Assembly: GCA_963664115.2 (NCBI GenBank)
Contig: CAXWPJ010000011.1
Span: 64,001-128,000, forward strand
Source of the DNA: Terriglobia bacterium
GTDB taxonomy: Bacteria; Acidobacteriota; Terriglobia; 20CM-2-55-15
Length of the DNA stretch: 64,000 nucleotides
Direction of reading: 5' to 3'
In this document: one piece after another, positions 20,785 to 31,058 of the stretch
Position numbering within the stretch: position 1 is the stretch's first letter
How the letters are laid out: the number at the start of each line of letters is the position of its first letter
Program-made: the position numbers and the translations under genes
Notes under the pieces: generated by a model
What the model was told of the DNA's origin: nothing
Databases searched by the model: none
Seen by the model: only the letters and a program-made list of their open reading frames with translations

Positions 20785-22140
20785 TCAATTGGGATAGCCG
20801 GCATCTTCGAGCACGGAGTCGAGCAATGCCTGCCTCTGGGCCGCTTCAAAGATCCGACCGTCCGCAACGACGGCCGCAACGCGCCTGAGGTTGCGAATCT
20901 CGGTCAGAGGATCCCCGTCCAGCAGAACCAGGTCGGCCAGCTTGCCGGCTTCTACCGTTCCCAACGAATCTTCCATGTCCAGGAGTATCGCGGGGTACAG
21001 CGTCCCAGCTCGCAGCGCCTCCAATGGGCTCACACCGGCTTCTACGAACAGTACGAGTTCATCGACGCCCGTGAATCCCGGGAGCCGGGTTCCACCTGCC
21101 GAATCCGACGAGGCAATCAGTCGTACCCCGGCCTCGGACGCCATCCGTGTGAGCCGCTGGCTGAGCTCGTAACGTGCCTGGGCGGTGGGCGATATTTCGT
21201 CGGGTAAGGTGCCAAACGAGGATCGTTTCGCAGGCTTCACATATTGAAGACGTGTTTCGGCCATCAGCGGGCTGTCGGCGGTCAACGGCAGGGTGCCGAT
21301 AAGCGTCGGACCGAAAAAGGTGCCGTTGTTCCGAAGCTTTTCCAATCCGTCTTCGCACTTCGGGACATCGATCCGGCCCGCCCCCTGATCGTCCTCCGGG
21401 ACACAATACGCAACGAGAGGGCCCAGGTGTTCAATACTGACCTGCCCTGCGTCCGAGGCCTCGACTATGGTCACGGCGCGGGGAACGTGCCCTGCGAGAG
21501 GTATCCCCAGGGCCTGGGACCTCTCGGCAATAGACGCATAGATTTCCGGTGAGAAGTTTCCGTGCATTTTCACCAGGTCCATTCCCGCTTCCTTCAGCAG
21601 ATCTACAACCAGCCGTCCCACCTGCGGTGTGGGTACCTGGATGGTAGTGTTCAGTGAGCGGGGATTCGGCGCTCCTGCATCGAGCAACGGACCCGAGGCA
21701 ACGATCCTGGGGGCCGCGATTCCCAGTTCCCGGATTCGCCGCCTGCCCTCCACGAGTTGTTCGACAGTGCTGCCCATGTCGCGCACGCCGGTGACGCCGT
21801 TGGCGATGTACAGCTGAAACATGGCCATGCTGTCACCGTAGTCGATCCCGTAGTGGACAAACGCGTGCGCATGCATTTGCCAGAGCCCGGGGATCAGAAA
21901 CTTCCCGCGACCATCGACTATTCGTGCGCCTGGAGGCACGTCGACTCCTGGGGCGGAACCCACTTCGGCGATCCGGTTTCCCTCGATTAACACGGTCCGG
22001 TCGGCCAAACGAGCGCCGGTCTCCACGTCAATCACGGTGACATTTTCGATCGCCGTTGACGTGTTCGTGCCCTGCGCCCAGAGGGTCGGTACACACGCGA
22101 GAACACAGATCAAACTAGCGAGGACAATCAAGCGATGCAT
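20785..22140 (-). CDS. secreted amidohydrolase-family protein
   Basis: IPGLWQMHAH, NGVTGVRDMG, GHVP, SIEH, SSD, GTVEAGKLADLVLLDGDP. Confidence 0.9.
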   Translation of the reverse strand: MHRLIVLASLICVLACVPTLWAQGTNTSTAIENVTVIDVETGARLADRTVLIEGNRIAEVGSAPGVDVPPGARIVDGRGKFLIPGLWQMHAHAFVHYGIDYGDSMAMFQLYIANGVTGVRDMGSTVEQLVEGRRRIRELGIAAPRIVASGPLLDAGAPNPRSLNTTIQVPTPQVGRLVVDLLKEAGMDLVKMHGNFSPEIYASIAERSQALGIPLAGHVPRAVTIVEASDAGQVSIEHLGPLVAYCVPEDDQGAGRIDVPKCEDGLEKLRNNGTFFGPTLIGTLPLTADSPLMAETRLQYVKPAKRSSFGTLPDEISPTAQARYELSQRLTRMASEAGVRLIASSDSAGGTRLPGFTGVDELVLFVEAGVSPLEALRAGTLYPAILLDMEDSLGTVEAGKLADLVLLDGDPLTEIRNLRRVAAVVADGRIFEAAQRQALLDSVLEDAGYPN

Positions 22141-22249
22141 ACAGCCTCCCTCTTCAAACGAACATTGTTTGTCTCAATTGGTCTGCAAGAATAAGCGAAT
22201 CCAGCAGCTTCAGACTGCGGACCACGAGCGCTGAAACGAACGGAATGCC

Positions 22250-23320
22250 TTACAAGGAGAAGATTCTCTCGGCGTTTTCCTGATAGATCATCCGCTTGTC
22301 GGCATCCGAAATCGGCGTCGCGTCCATCCAGGTGGTCCCCGGCGTACTGGGAGCGAAGGGGTAATCGACGCCGAACATGATTCTCTCCGGTCCCAGGACC
22401 GAATGGACGAACATGAACACCGGATCCCAGAACATGGCGCTCGTAACGACTGCGAAGTTGTCCATGAAGTACTCGCTGGGTCGGCGCGCGGTGGCGGGCA
22501 TTCCGGGTCTTGTGGAGGAGATCACATCGAGTCGGCTGAGCCAGAACGGGACGCCTTCGCCCAGGTGTCCCAGGACGATCTTCAGGTTCGGGAATTGCTC
22601 AAAGACGTCGCTCATGAGCAGTCGAACCACATGCATGGACGTTTCCATGCCGAAACCCCACAGGGGCCCCTCCATGTTGTAATCGGCGACACCCTGGTAT
22701 ATCTGGTCCGGCGGGATCCTCGGATGCAGATAGACCGGAACGTCCAGGGACTCGGCGGCTTCGAGTATTGGCCAATATTTCCGCTCGTCCAGGAACTCGT
22801 TGTTCGTGTGCGAGTTGATCAGTATGCCGTTCAACCCTAGGGTCGAGATCCCTCTCTCGGCTTCCTGGGCGGCAGAGGCAGGATCCTGGGTGGCCACCGT
22901 GACCAGCCCGGCGAAGCGGTCGGGATACTGGCGGATCGCCTCCGCCAGTCTATCGTTCACAAGGCTTGCGAGCTCGCGACCCAGCTGCGGGTTGAATATC
23001 TGAACCCCGGGAGACCAGAGTGCGAGTATCTGCTTGTCGATGCGGGCCGCGTCCATCGTCGCGATACGGCCTTCCCCCAGATCGGTCAGAGCATTCGCCA
23101 TTGCATCTTCCAGAGGCGTCACCGGAGATGGCTGGCGATCGGGATCCTGGCGGACAAACTCTCGGATAGCGTCCAGAAACTCGGGAATCGCGAAGGTCTC
23201 TTCAGCAGCGATCCGCTGAAAGTTGGCGCCGCCTCCCTGGGCCGAAAGCTTCCCGGCGGCAGCGAGCGCCGATGAGGCCAGAGCCGCGTTCTTGAGAAAT
23301 GCTCTTCGAGTTTGATCCAT
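22250..23320 (-). CDS. Tat-exported amidohydrolase_2 decarboxylase, LigW/gamma-resorcylate-decarboxylase-like
   Basis: TRRAFLK; RIAAEET, INSHT, YLHP, LGHLGEG.PF...R.D, FGVDYPF. Confidence 0.82.
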   Translation of the reverse strand: MDQTRRAFLKNAALASSALAAAGKLSAQGGGANFQRIAAEETFAIPEFLDAIREFVRQDPDRQPSPVTPLEDAMANALTDLGEGRIATMDAARIDKQILALWSPGVQIFNPQLGRELASLVNDRLAEAIRQYPDRFAGLVTVATQDPASAAQEAERGISTLGLNGILINSHTNNEFLDERKYWPILEAAESLDVPVYLHPRIPPDQIYQGVADYNMEGPLWGFGMETSMHVVRLLMSDVFEQFPNLKIVLGHLGEGVPFWLSRLDVISSTRPGMPATARRPSEYFMDNFAVVTSAMFWDPVFMFVHSVLGPERIMFGVDYPFAPSTPGTTWMDATPISDADKRMIYQENAERIFSL

Positions 23321-23662
23321 ATTAATTCCCCTGAAAGTCCCTGAATATTTTTGATACATCCGCTCAGCCGACGACAAACGTCGTTTCGAGAGCAATGCGC
23401 AGGATCGCCTGGGGCCAACGATCGAACGATGTGATGACGCGATGCACTCGTTTTTTGCCCGATCATGCCACGGTGCTGGCTGACAAGAGCCCAAGATTAT
23501 ACCAACAGCAAACTTATACCAACCAGAAAGTCGCCCTGCACACGGGAGTGAAATCGTCCACCGCCGCGGGTGAATTTCCAATGTTCTTGAGGACGACGAT
23601 TACGGTGGTATGCTTGCGCAACCGTTCCCGGGAGAAACGCCTTTTTGCGAGGAGGATGACCT

Positions 23663-24754
23663 ATGAAGTCTTTATCGCGCCGGAGATTTGTTGGAAGCGT
23701 TGGCGCTCTGGGGGCGGCCGCGATTATTCCCGAAAGCATGTTCGAGGCGCAAAACGGGGTCGGCATCACCGGCAAAATCGATGTCCACCACCACCTCACA
23801 TCGCCGGCCTTCGTACGGTTCATGACCGAAAGTAACATCAGTGATTTTCCAGTTCGCTCACCGGCCGAAGCCATTGAGGATATGGACAGCAATGGCATTG
23901 CCATGGCGTTCACCTCGATGATCGGCCCGGGGATCTGGACGGGGAATCTCGATCGAACACGGACGCTCGCCCGCGCATGCAACGACTGGGCCGCACGATT
24001 GATGGGGGACTACCCGGGGCGATACGGCATGTTCGCTTTGCTGCCCCTTCCCGACATCGACGGGAGCCTTCGTGAAATCGAATACGCCTACGAAACACTC
24101 GGGGCTGACGGCATCTATCTGTATACCAACTTCGGACACACCCGGTTTTACGGGGACCAGTATCTGGGCGATCCGATGCTCGCCCCGATCTATGAGGAAC
24201 TCAATCGCAGAAACGCGATTATCTATGTTCACCCCAAAGACAACCTGTGTTGCCGCGAGGTCGTTCCAGGTGTGGACGGTTCCACGATCGAATACGGGAC
24301 GGATACGACACGCACTATCGTGAGTTTGCTGACCAGCGGCACTGCGGCCAGATACCCCAATATTAGCTTTATTTTCGCGCATGGCGGCGGCACAGCACCT
24401 TATCTGATCGGGCGGATCGCCGGAGCCGAAGCCGCGTACCTTCAGGAAGGGGGTGTGGTGCGACCGGGCGCGGCGGCTGCGCGCACTTCGGAGGCGATGC
24501 CGCGGGGACCGCTTCCCCAGATGCGAGAGTTTTACTACGACACCTCAAGCGTGGAGAATCCAGTGGCACTGGGAGCACTCAGAAAGCTCGTACCCGTAAC
24601 GCAGATCCTGTTCGGAACCGATTTCCCCTTTGGTTCCGGCGCCGCGTCGCATATCCGAAACCTGGAAGCCTCCGGAGTGTTGAACCCCGCTGAGCTTCGC
24701 GCGGTCTATCGCGACAATCCCGCGAGACTTCTGCCCCGTTTGCGCGACGCTTGA
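23663..24754 (+). CDS. Tat-exported amidohydrolase_2 (ACMSD/6-methylsalicylate decarboxylase-like)
   Basis: SRRRFV; IDVHHH, YVHP, DTTR, HGGG, YYDT, FGTDFPF. Confidence 0.85.
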   Translation: MKSLSRRRFVGSVGALGAAAIIPESMFEAQNGVGITGKIDVHHHLTSPAFVRFMTESNISDFPVRSPAEAIEDMDSNGIAMAFTSMIGPGIWTGNLDRTRTLARACNDWAARLMGDYPGRYGMFALLPLPDIDGSLREIEYAYETLGADGIYLYTNFGHTRFYGDQYLGDPMLAPIYEELNRRNAIIYVHPKDNLCCREVVPGVDGSTIEYGTDTTRTIVSLLTSGTAARYPNISFIFAHGGGTAPYLIGRIAGAEAAYLQEGGVVRPGAAAARTSEAMPRGPLPQMREFYYDTSSVENPVALGALRKLVPVTQILFGTDFPFGSGAASHIRNLEASGVLNPAELRAVYRDNPARLLPRLRDA

Positions 24755-24896
24755 TCGGGGAGGTGATGTCGGCGACTTCGACCCTGCCGGTTCGATATTT
24801 CGCGCTGGCTTTGATCGCGCAACCGGCATTGATTTTCTGCAACGATTCTTGAGGGCTAACGAAAGGTTTTCCAGCATTTATTCCCGTCGTTATCCT

Positions 24897-24925
24897 TTGA
24901 CGCAGCGTCTGGGTTCTTATAGGCT
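24897..24925 (+). promoter_or_regulatory. putative sigma70 promoter
   Basis: TTGACG-17-TAGGCT, the same architecture as at 12497. Confidence 0.4.
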
Positions 24926-25046
24926 TTTGCCAGCTTTTTCACAGACACTGTTGAGGCAAGTTGGAGACACGATTGAGAGTGGCAAGGAGCCTCGGGTTCC
25001 AAGACGCACGGTGATTAATCAGTAAGCGTCCATCGGGAGAAGGATC

Positions 25047-25481
25047 GTGAGAAAAATCGTACCCTTCATAATCGCCCTTGTTTTTTGGGTCGAACCTGCA
25101 TTGACTCAGACCTCTCCGTCAATTGTAGGCGCTTGGGAACGGACACGGCGTGAGCCACCCGCTTTGCCTGCTTTCATAATGTTCAGCGCGGACGGGTATT
25201 TCTCCATGACGATACTACCGGCGGGTCGTCCCGAAGGGAGCATACGGGAGTTGACGCGGGAAGAATTGCTGGTTCGATACGAGCGTCTCGTGGCCCGGCG
25301 GGGACCCTATAGCATCGACGGCAACAGGCTGACTCGCCACGATGAGGCGCATCACAACCCGAATCTGGTCGGCAGAACGAACCTCAACTTGTTTCGGATT
25401 GAAGGCGGTATGCTCATTTTCTCTTCGGAAGATGGCATCGACACCGAATGGTACCGGCGTATGGAACCGTACGCACCTTAG
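25047..25481 (+). CDS. secreted lipocalin-like protein
   Basis: Signal peptide, IVGAW, FSADGYFS, G.Y.IDG..L, PNLVG. Confidence 0.7.
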   Translation: MRKIVPFIIALVFWVEPALTQTSPSIVGAWERTRREPPALPAFIMFSADGYFSMTILPAGRPEGSIRELTREELLVRYERLVARRGPYSIDGNRLTRHDEAHHNPNLVGRTNLNLFRIEGGMLIFSSEDGIDTEWYRRMEPYAP

Positions 25482-25630
25482 TCCGAGAGCTTCTCGCTGC
25501 GCGATTGTGCTGACACGCACTATCTTGAAAGCTGCCGCAGCTTGGATCCGTGCCTGAATTGGTGACGGTTGCATCGAACTGAAACGACAATTCCGGTGAG
25601 GTAGATCTACTTGAGATTGGGAGGCTCTAC

Positions 25631-26473
25631 ATGACTATGCACCTGTTAAGCCCCGTGTTTTTGGCATGGATCGTTCTCCATGCGTTCGCTCCAGTTGTTT
25701 CAGGGGCAGTCCTCCAGTCGGGCGCGGAAGTGCCTGCGGTTGGCGCCTGGTGGTATACCGGTGACGCGCCGCCCGCCGGATCGACTCCCGACCTGACCGG
25801 CGTTTTCTCCGGAGGCTCGAGCGGGGACTTGTCCCAGAGTACGCTGGAAGGCGAAGAGATGATCCTGACACAGTACGGCTACGACAGGTACCGGAGCGTC
25901 GATCATGCGAAGGATCCCAACACATTCTGCGTGCAGCCAGGTCCTGCCCGTATGATCATGATGCTCCATCCCGCCATGATCGTTCAGCGTTCCGATGCCG
26001 TGGTCATCCTTACCGAATCCCAGCGGACTTTCCGGATCATCTATACGGATGGCCGCCCTCATCCACCCGAAATCGACGACTATCCCGAGTTTATGGGAAG
26101 CTCGATCGGCCATTGGGAAGGAGAAACGCTTGTCGTGGAAACTGTGGCGATCAATGATCGCACTTGGCTGGACACTTCCGGGCATGAACACAGTGATCAG
26201 CTCAGCATGGTCGAGCGATTTCGCTTACGCGATCCGAATACAATAGAACACATCGTCACCTACACCGACCCGGTGTTTTTCGTGAGACCTTTCACAACGA
26301 TTCGGACCTTCACCCGTGACATCGGTGACCGCATCATGGATCATTCGTGTGTGGACAACGAACAGGACATCGAACACCTGCGGCCACTGATAGGCGGTAC
26401 AGGGCTCGATGTGGCGGTGTATCAGGACGAAGACGGTAATATTATCCGTCCGGAACCCCGCCCCGAACCCTGA
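25631..26473 (+). CDS. secreted two-Cys family protein (paralog 4)
   Basis: CVQPGPAR, RIIYTDGRPHP, GSSIGHWEGETLVVET, VERF, DP, HSC. Confidence 0.85.
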   Translation: MTMHLLSPVFLAWIVLHAFAPVVSGAVLQSGAEVPAVGAWWYTGDAPPAGSTPDLTGVFSGGSSGDLSQSTLEGEEMILTQYGYDRYRSVDHAKDPNTFCVQPGPARMIMMLHPAMIVQRSDAVVILTESQRTFRIIYTDGRPHPPEIDDYPEFMGSSIGHWEGETLVVETVAINDRTWLDTSGHEHSDQLSMVERFRLRDPNTIEHIVTYTDPVFFVRPFTTIRTFTRDIGDRIMDHSCVDNEQDIEHLRPLIGGTGLDVAVYQDEDGNIIRPEPRPEP

Positions 26474-26678
26474 GTGCCGGAAAATGGCTTGTACCGCGCT
26501 CGGAGCATCCAATGTGTCCAACCTTAAGAATCTGTTTTCGGCCGACGATCCCCACACGGGTTCCCAGCCGCAGCAATACCATTTGTTGTGACCCGCGGTC
26601 CGGATGATCCGGGATTCCAGCATTGGGCGTTAAAAGACAGGTTCTAGACGGAATTTCATCAACCACCGAGGAGACGAC

Positions 26679-27839
26679 ATGCAATCTTCAGGTCATACAC
26701 ACAACGGCTACGCCGGTCATTTGCAAGAAAAGCGGACCCACCTGCGGCATCCTTCACGGCGGGAATTTGTTGCCGGACTCGCGGGCGTGGCAGCAGGTGC
26801 TATCTTTCTTCCGCGTCCTTTTGCCGCACAGACGTCGCCACAGAACCGGATCGATGTCCATTGTCACTTTGTGCCGGCCGCCTATCTTGAGTTCCTGAAC
26901 GCCAATTACCCCGACATGCCTCGATCCTATTCCCCGCCAGACTGGGAGGTGTCCGAACACATTGAAGAGATGGACCGGGGCGGTGTCCGAACGAGCATTC
27001 TTTCGCTTCCGAGACCCGGCATATGGTATGGCGAGTTGGAGGGAATCCGAACGATTGCACGGGAGTGCAACGACGCCAACGCAAGGCTAGTCGCGGACTA
27101 TCCAGGCCGTTTTGGCATGTTTGCGACCTTACCGCTGACCGATATTGAGGGCAGCCTTCGTGAAACGGAATACGCGCTAGACACGCTGAAGGCTGACGGT
27201 ATCGCCATGAAGACCCCTTACGAGAACCTATGGCATGGGGACCCATTGTTCGCCCCGCTTTACGAAGAACTCAACCGGCGGGGAACCGTGGTTTACACCC
27301 ACCCCCAAGATGCTGCCTGTTGTGCGGGCACCGTGCCGGGAGTCGGCTCGCTCGTACCAAATGTTGGTAATACGACGGTCGAGTACGGTACGAATACGAC
27401 ACGAACGATCGCGAGTCTTTTATACAGCGGCACGGCTGCGCGTTACCCGAACATTCGTTGGATATTCTCGCATGCGGGAGGAACTGCACCGTTTTTGATC
27501 CATCGGTTCATCGGCGCCGGGCTCGCGCCGTATCTCAGAGACGGCGGCGTACTGGCCCCGGGCGCTTCTGAGCCCAGGGTGAGTCCGGAGATGCCGAGAG
27601 GGGCGCTGTATGAGCTCCAAAAGTTTTATTACGACACTGCGAACACCTATAACCCTGTGGCCATGGGGGCGCTCCGGAAAGTGGTGCCCGTTTCGCAGAT
27701 CGTATTCGGGTCCGATTTTCCGTACGGCTCCCCTTCAGTAATCGCTAATGGTCTTGCGGTATCCGAGGTATTCAACGCTCAGGAACTTCGGGCGGTCGAC
27801 CGCGACAACCTGGCCAGGATTCTGCCGCAGGTTCAATAG
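26679..27839 (+). CDS. Tat-exported amidohydrolase_2, paralog of 23663-24754
   Basis: SRREFV; IDVHCH, YTHP, HAGG, YYDTA, FGSDFPY. Confidence 0.85.
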   Translation: MQSSGHTHNGYAGHLQEKRTHLRHPSRREFVAGLAGVAAGAIFLPRPFAAQTSPQNRIDVHCHFVPAAYLEFLNANYPDMPRSYSPPDWEVSEHIEEMDRGGVRTSILSLPRPGIWYGELEGIRTIARECNDANARLVADYPGRFGMFATLPLTDIEGSLRETEYALDTLKADGIAMKTPYENLWHGDPLFAPLYEELNRRGTVVYTHPQDAACCAGTVPGVGSLVPNVGNTTVEYGTNTTRTIASLLYSGTAARYPNIRWIFSHAGGTAPFLIHRFIGAGLAPYLRDGGVLAPGASEPRVSPEMPRGALYELQKFYYDTANTYNPVAMGALRKVVPVSQIVFGSDFPYGSPSVIANGLAVSEVFNAQELRAVDRDNLARILPQVQ

Positions 27840-28126
27840 GAATTGGTCCGCGATGCGCATCGGTGGTCGTCGCGAACTGTCGGAGACAGCGCCAGGACAA
27901 GGCGCGCGGCCGGAGGGCGAATAGGCCTACTGCAACCAGTCAGAGCATTTCGGACGGGAACCGTTAAAAACCTAAGAGACACTTGCCTGATCCCGACGGT
28001 CTTAAGGAGGATCGAATGAAGGAGAAAGTGTCGGCAGAGCCAACTCTTGTGCCCTGAGTACAAGGGCAGGAGTTTCGATGTGAGAAACGCGGGGAAGAAA
28101 CAAAAGCCCCCTCCCCGCGCAAAGGC

Positions 28127-28969
28127 CTAAAGTCCAGCTGCGGGATCCCGAACGCGACTGTTGAAATTGTCCACCTCGTCGACCGGCGCACAGTCTTCTT
28201 CAAAAACGCCATACCATCCCTGAAGGTCCGTCATCCTCGCGTACCAGGCGACTACTTCTTCTCTCGGGACGAGCCTGTAACTTTTCTGTTCGGCCACCCA
28301 TGGCCGCGTGTAGGTCAGTGGATCAGTGATCGTCATCTCAAGTTCGATAGTATCGTGGTCGACACGCGTGTAGCGCTCTACGACTCTTGTGGCTTCGCTG
28401 AGAGGGTAGCCGTTCTGGTCCAACCACGCTCTATCGTCGAAACCTGCCGACTCCACAACAAGAGTGTTGTCCTCCCATCTCCCGGCCGAGTAACCGTACC
28501 ACCTCCGAAGATCGGGGTTGAAATTCTCGGGAAGTTCTCGTCCGTCCGTCCAGATCTCGCGAAACACCCGATGCCACGAAAACATCTGCACCAGCAAATC
28601 CGGGGTTTGAATGAACTGAGTGGGCCGGGGATACAGCAAGGCGCGCGTCAGGCCCGCTGGATTGCACTCCCCGGTGGGATCGTTACCCGTTGCAGGAGGA
28701 ACCTGGCGGGGGCCATACCCCGGCCGGTACGAGTCGAAGCGTGCCTGGCCTTCGGGGGTCATCGGGGGAGTCGTATCATCCCCGGGGCGCCGACTGATGC
28801 CCCGGCTCCCGCCGTTGCGCTCCCAGATTCCAGAAAAGTCGCGCGGATCAAACGGCGCGTCCGGGTTGGGCGCGGCTCTAGCAACAGAGCGATCCTGGGC
28901 GAGGGTGGCCGACGCGAACACCAACATCACGGCCAAGGTCAAAATCGTTGTGATGGAGCGACTTAACAT
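28127..28969 (-). CDS. secreted two-Cys family protein (paralog 5)
   Basis: DFSGIW, CNPAGLTR, REIWTDGR, GYSAGRWEDNTLVVES, DP.TYTRPW, EEDC. Confidence 0.85.
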   Translation of the reverse strand: MLSRSITTILTLAVMLVFASATLAQDRSVARAAPNPDAPFDPRDFSGIWERNGGSRGISRRPGDDTTPPMTPEGQARFDSYRPGYGPRQVPPATGNDPTGECNPAGLTRALLYPRPTQFIQTPDLLVQMFSWHRVFREIWTDGRELPENFNPDLRRWYGYSAGRWEDNTLVVESAGFDDRAWLDQNGYPLSEATRVVERYTRVDHDTIELEMTITDPLTYTRPWVAEQKSYRLVPREEVVAWYARMTDLQGWYGVFEEDCAPVDEVDNFNSRVRDPAAGL

Positions 28970-29067
28970 GGGTCGTTAACCTCCAGATGCGTTGTCCAGA
29001 ATCTGAAATTGAGCGGATACCGTCCGCATGGGCGGAGTTCCCCACGAAGTGTCAGTTTTCCCTGCCG

Positions 29068-29475
29068 TCATCTTTCTCTGCCGTCGTCCCGCTCCATGGT
29101 CCGGCCATCCGGCAGTTGGACCTCCGCCATGACTCCAGTCGGCGTGCCAGCCCTGGAGGGCGATAGGATAACCGTGACCTCGTCTCCCGGCCTGATGGAA
29201 TTCCTGCTCCAGCCGGCTTTGGACAAATGGAAGGGGGCGCTGATCTCACCGCTCCAGTGGACGACGTTTCCGTCCTCGTCCGTCACATCCCAGAAAAGTT
29301 GAGCGTGAGGATTGGTCAGCCGCCATTGGGTCACGATTCCAGTGACGCTGACGCGTTTTTCCATGTCGTAGGAAATGCTCGTTCCGTGGTGCGCGAAGAC
29401 AGGCACCGAAACCACAAGTGAACCCGTACTGACAGCCAAAAGAACCGCAAGCAAAGTTATCGTTCTGTGCTTCAT
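29068..29475 (-). CDS. DUF6152-like secreted protein (mature N-terminus HH)
   Basis: VFA|HHGTSISYD, GIVTQWRLTNPH, PGDEVTV; AAGGAG RBS. Confidence 0.85.
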   Translation of the reverse strand: MKHRTITLLAVLLAVSTGSLVVSVPVFAHHGTSISYDMEKRVSVTGIVTQWRLTNPHAQLFWDVTDEDGNVVHWSGEISAPFHLSKAGWSRNSIRPGDEVTVILSPSRAGTPTGVMAEVQLPDGRTMERDDGRER

Positions 29476-29658
29476 TTTCGAATGCTCCTTGGTGAGATCC
29501 GGGAGATTGTCATCCATACAAACGCGCGCCCAGTCACGAGGCCTTCGATCTCGTAAGCCATTGAACTCTATTTGAGAACACCCTCGACTGAGACTCATCG
29601 TCAAACACGAGGACTAAGGCGTCACTGTGTTCGGTTTAAACTGTCCTGTCACTTAACT

Positions 29659-30477
29659 TTACTTCACTTCACAAGGAGTCGGGTTCCACTTGGATCCGTC
29701 GGGCTCCTTCTTGAAGTTCGAACTTCGAATCAAGGGTCCGACGCGGTCCGAGCCCGGCAAGCCCCCTCCCGGTTGGGATCCCAGGTATTGTGGGTCGTCG
29801 ACGATCGTGGACACGATCAGCCATGTGTCACCACCCGGGATGTCCGCACGGTGAAAATACTCCGTCACGACGGCGTTCTCACTGTAGGGCACACCGTTTC
29901 GCAGTAAGTATCCGGCGTGCATGCCTGTCGTCACAACCTTCAGATTGCCGCCTCGGGGAATACCGTTCTGGCCTCCCGCGACTTCCCACTGCGCCGACGA
30001 ATACCCCTGCCACGTCGGCTCGGCACCGACAGGCGGTGAGCCATCAAAATGGAACAAGCGTGTCTGCATCCCCGCATCGGTGTCGATTCGCAGTGTGTTT
30101 TCGTCTTCCCAGGTCACATGCAAACGCGTTGGAATCCGCATGATGTTGCCTGCGCCATAAGCCTTGCACGCGTTCCCTTCGGCTACGTCCCGGGCTGGAT
30201 CCCACTGATCGGCGACGCGGCGGCCTTCCTCGTTGAGCGGTATGGCCGGGAAACTGCCCTTTTCGGCGGTGAGCATTCGCCATCGCCAGTCTTCGGTGAT
30301 CAGCGACACCCAGTATCCCGTCGGGTCGATGACAGCTTGCTCTTGCCCGGGCCGTGGGTCTGGTGGGGCCGGGCCGCCTCTCTGGGCAACCATGTACGTG
30401 GGGCTTCCAAGCAACACTATTGCCAAGGCGGCCAGGAACATAAACGACGTATGCCGGGGCAAAATTCCGTAATTCAT
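29659..30477 (-). CDS. secreted two-Cys family protein, divergent subtype (paralog 6)
   Basis: DPTGYW, CKAYG, WQGYSSAQW, LKVVTT, RNGVPYS, DDPQYL, terminal PTPC. Confidence 0.8.
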   Translation of the reverse strand: MNYGILPRHTSFMFLAALAIVLLGSPTYMVAQRGGPAPPDPRPGQEQAVIDPTGYWVSLITEDWRWRMLTAEKGSFPAIPLNEEGRRVADQWDPARDVAEGNACKAYGAGNIMRIPTRLHVTWEDENTLRIDTDAGMQTRLFHFDGSPPVGAEPTWQGYSSAQWEVAGGQNGIPRGGNLKVVTTGMHAGYLLRNGVPYSENAVVTEYFHRADIPGGDTWLIVSTIVDDPQYLGSQPGGGLPGSDRVGPLIRSSNFKKEPDGSKWNPTPCEVK

Positions 30478-30575
30478 TTTGGTCCTATCAATCGATCCAT
30501 CAATTAAGGCAGGCCGACACCGGGTTGTCCCACGGTTCTCGCTCTTCCTACACTGCCCGTCGCGCGGGAAATTCG

Positions 30576-30989
30576 TCAGTCGACCACTTCTTCGGGGAGG
30601 GTGCCCCAGGACCACCCATCCGATGGCCGGATGACACTGAGCAGGCGTCCCCGATGGCTACCTGGGCTACGCGCTGGATTGAACACTACTTGCACTGCAT
30701 CACCCACCTGCAGTCCGTCGCCTTCACCCCGGCGCATTCTGGATGCGGCCGCGCCCTCGATGGACCATCGCTGCACGTCTCCATTCGTGTCTGGAGCTTG
30801 CACGTGAATAAAGGAGTGGGGATTGCGGAGCAAGAACTGCACGACTCTCCCTTCAATCTCTTGGGTACCGTCCAGGTCGTAGGTTGCTCCAAAAGAATGG
30901 TGAGCGTATGCGGGCGTAACAGACGCCATCCAAATTCCTGCGGCAACCATTCCGGCGACGGCGAGCCAGACAAGCGATTTACCTTTCAT
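30576..30989 (-). CDS. DUF6152-like secreted protein (mature N-terminus HH)
   Basis: AYA|HHSFGATYD, GRVVQFLLRNPH, W.IE, GDAVQV. Confidence 0.85.
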   Translation of the reverse strand: MKGKSLVWLAVAGMVAAGIWMASVTPAYAHHSFGATYDLDGTQEIEGRVVQFLLRNPHSFIHVQAPDTNGDVQRWSIEGAAASRMRRGEGDGLQVGDAVQVVFNPARSPGSHRGRLLSVIRPSDGWSWGTLPEEVVD

Positions 30990-31058
30990 GCGTACTGACC
31001 TCCTCGAGAAACTTCGACAGAACTTCGATGCTGCAGCGCCACGAAGAGCGCCTGACGA

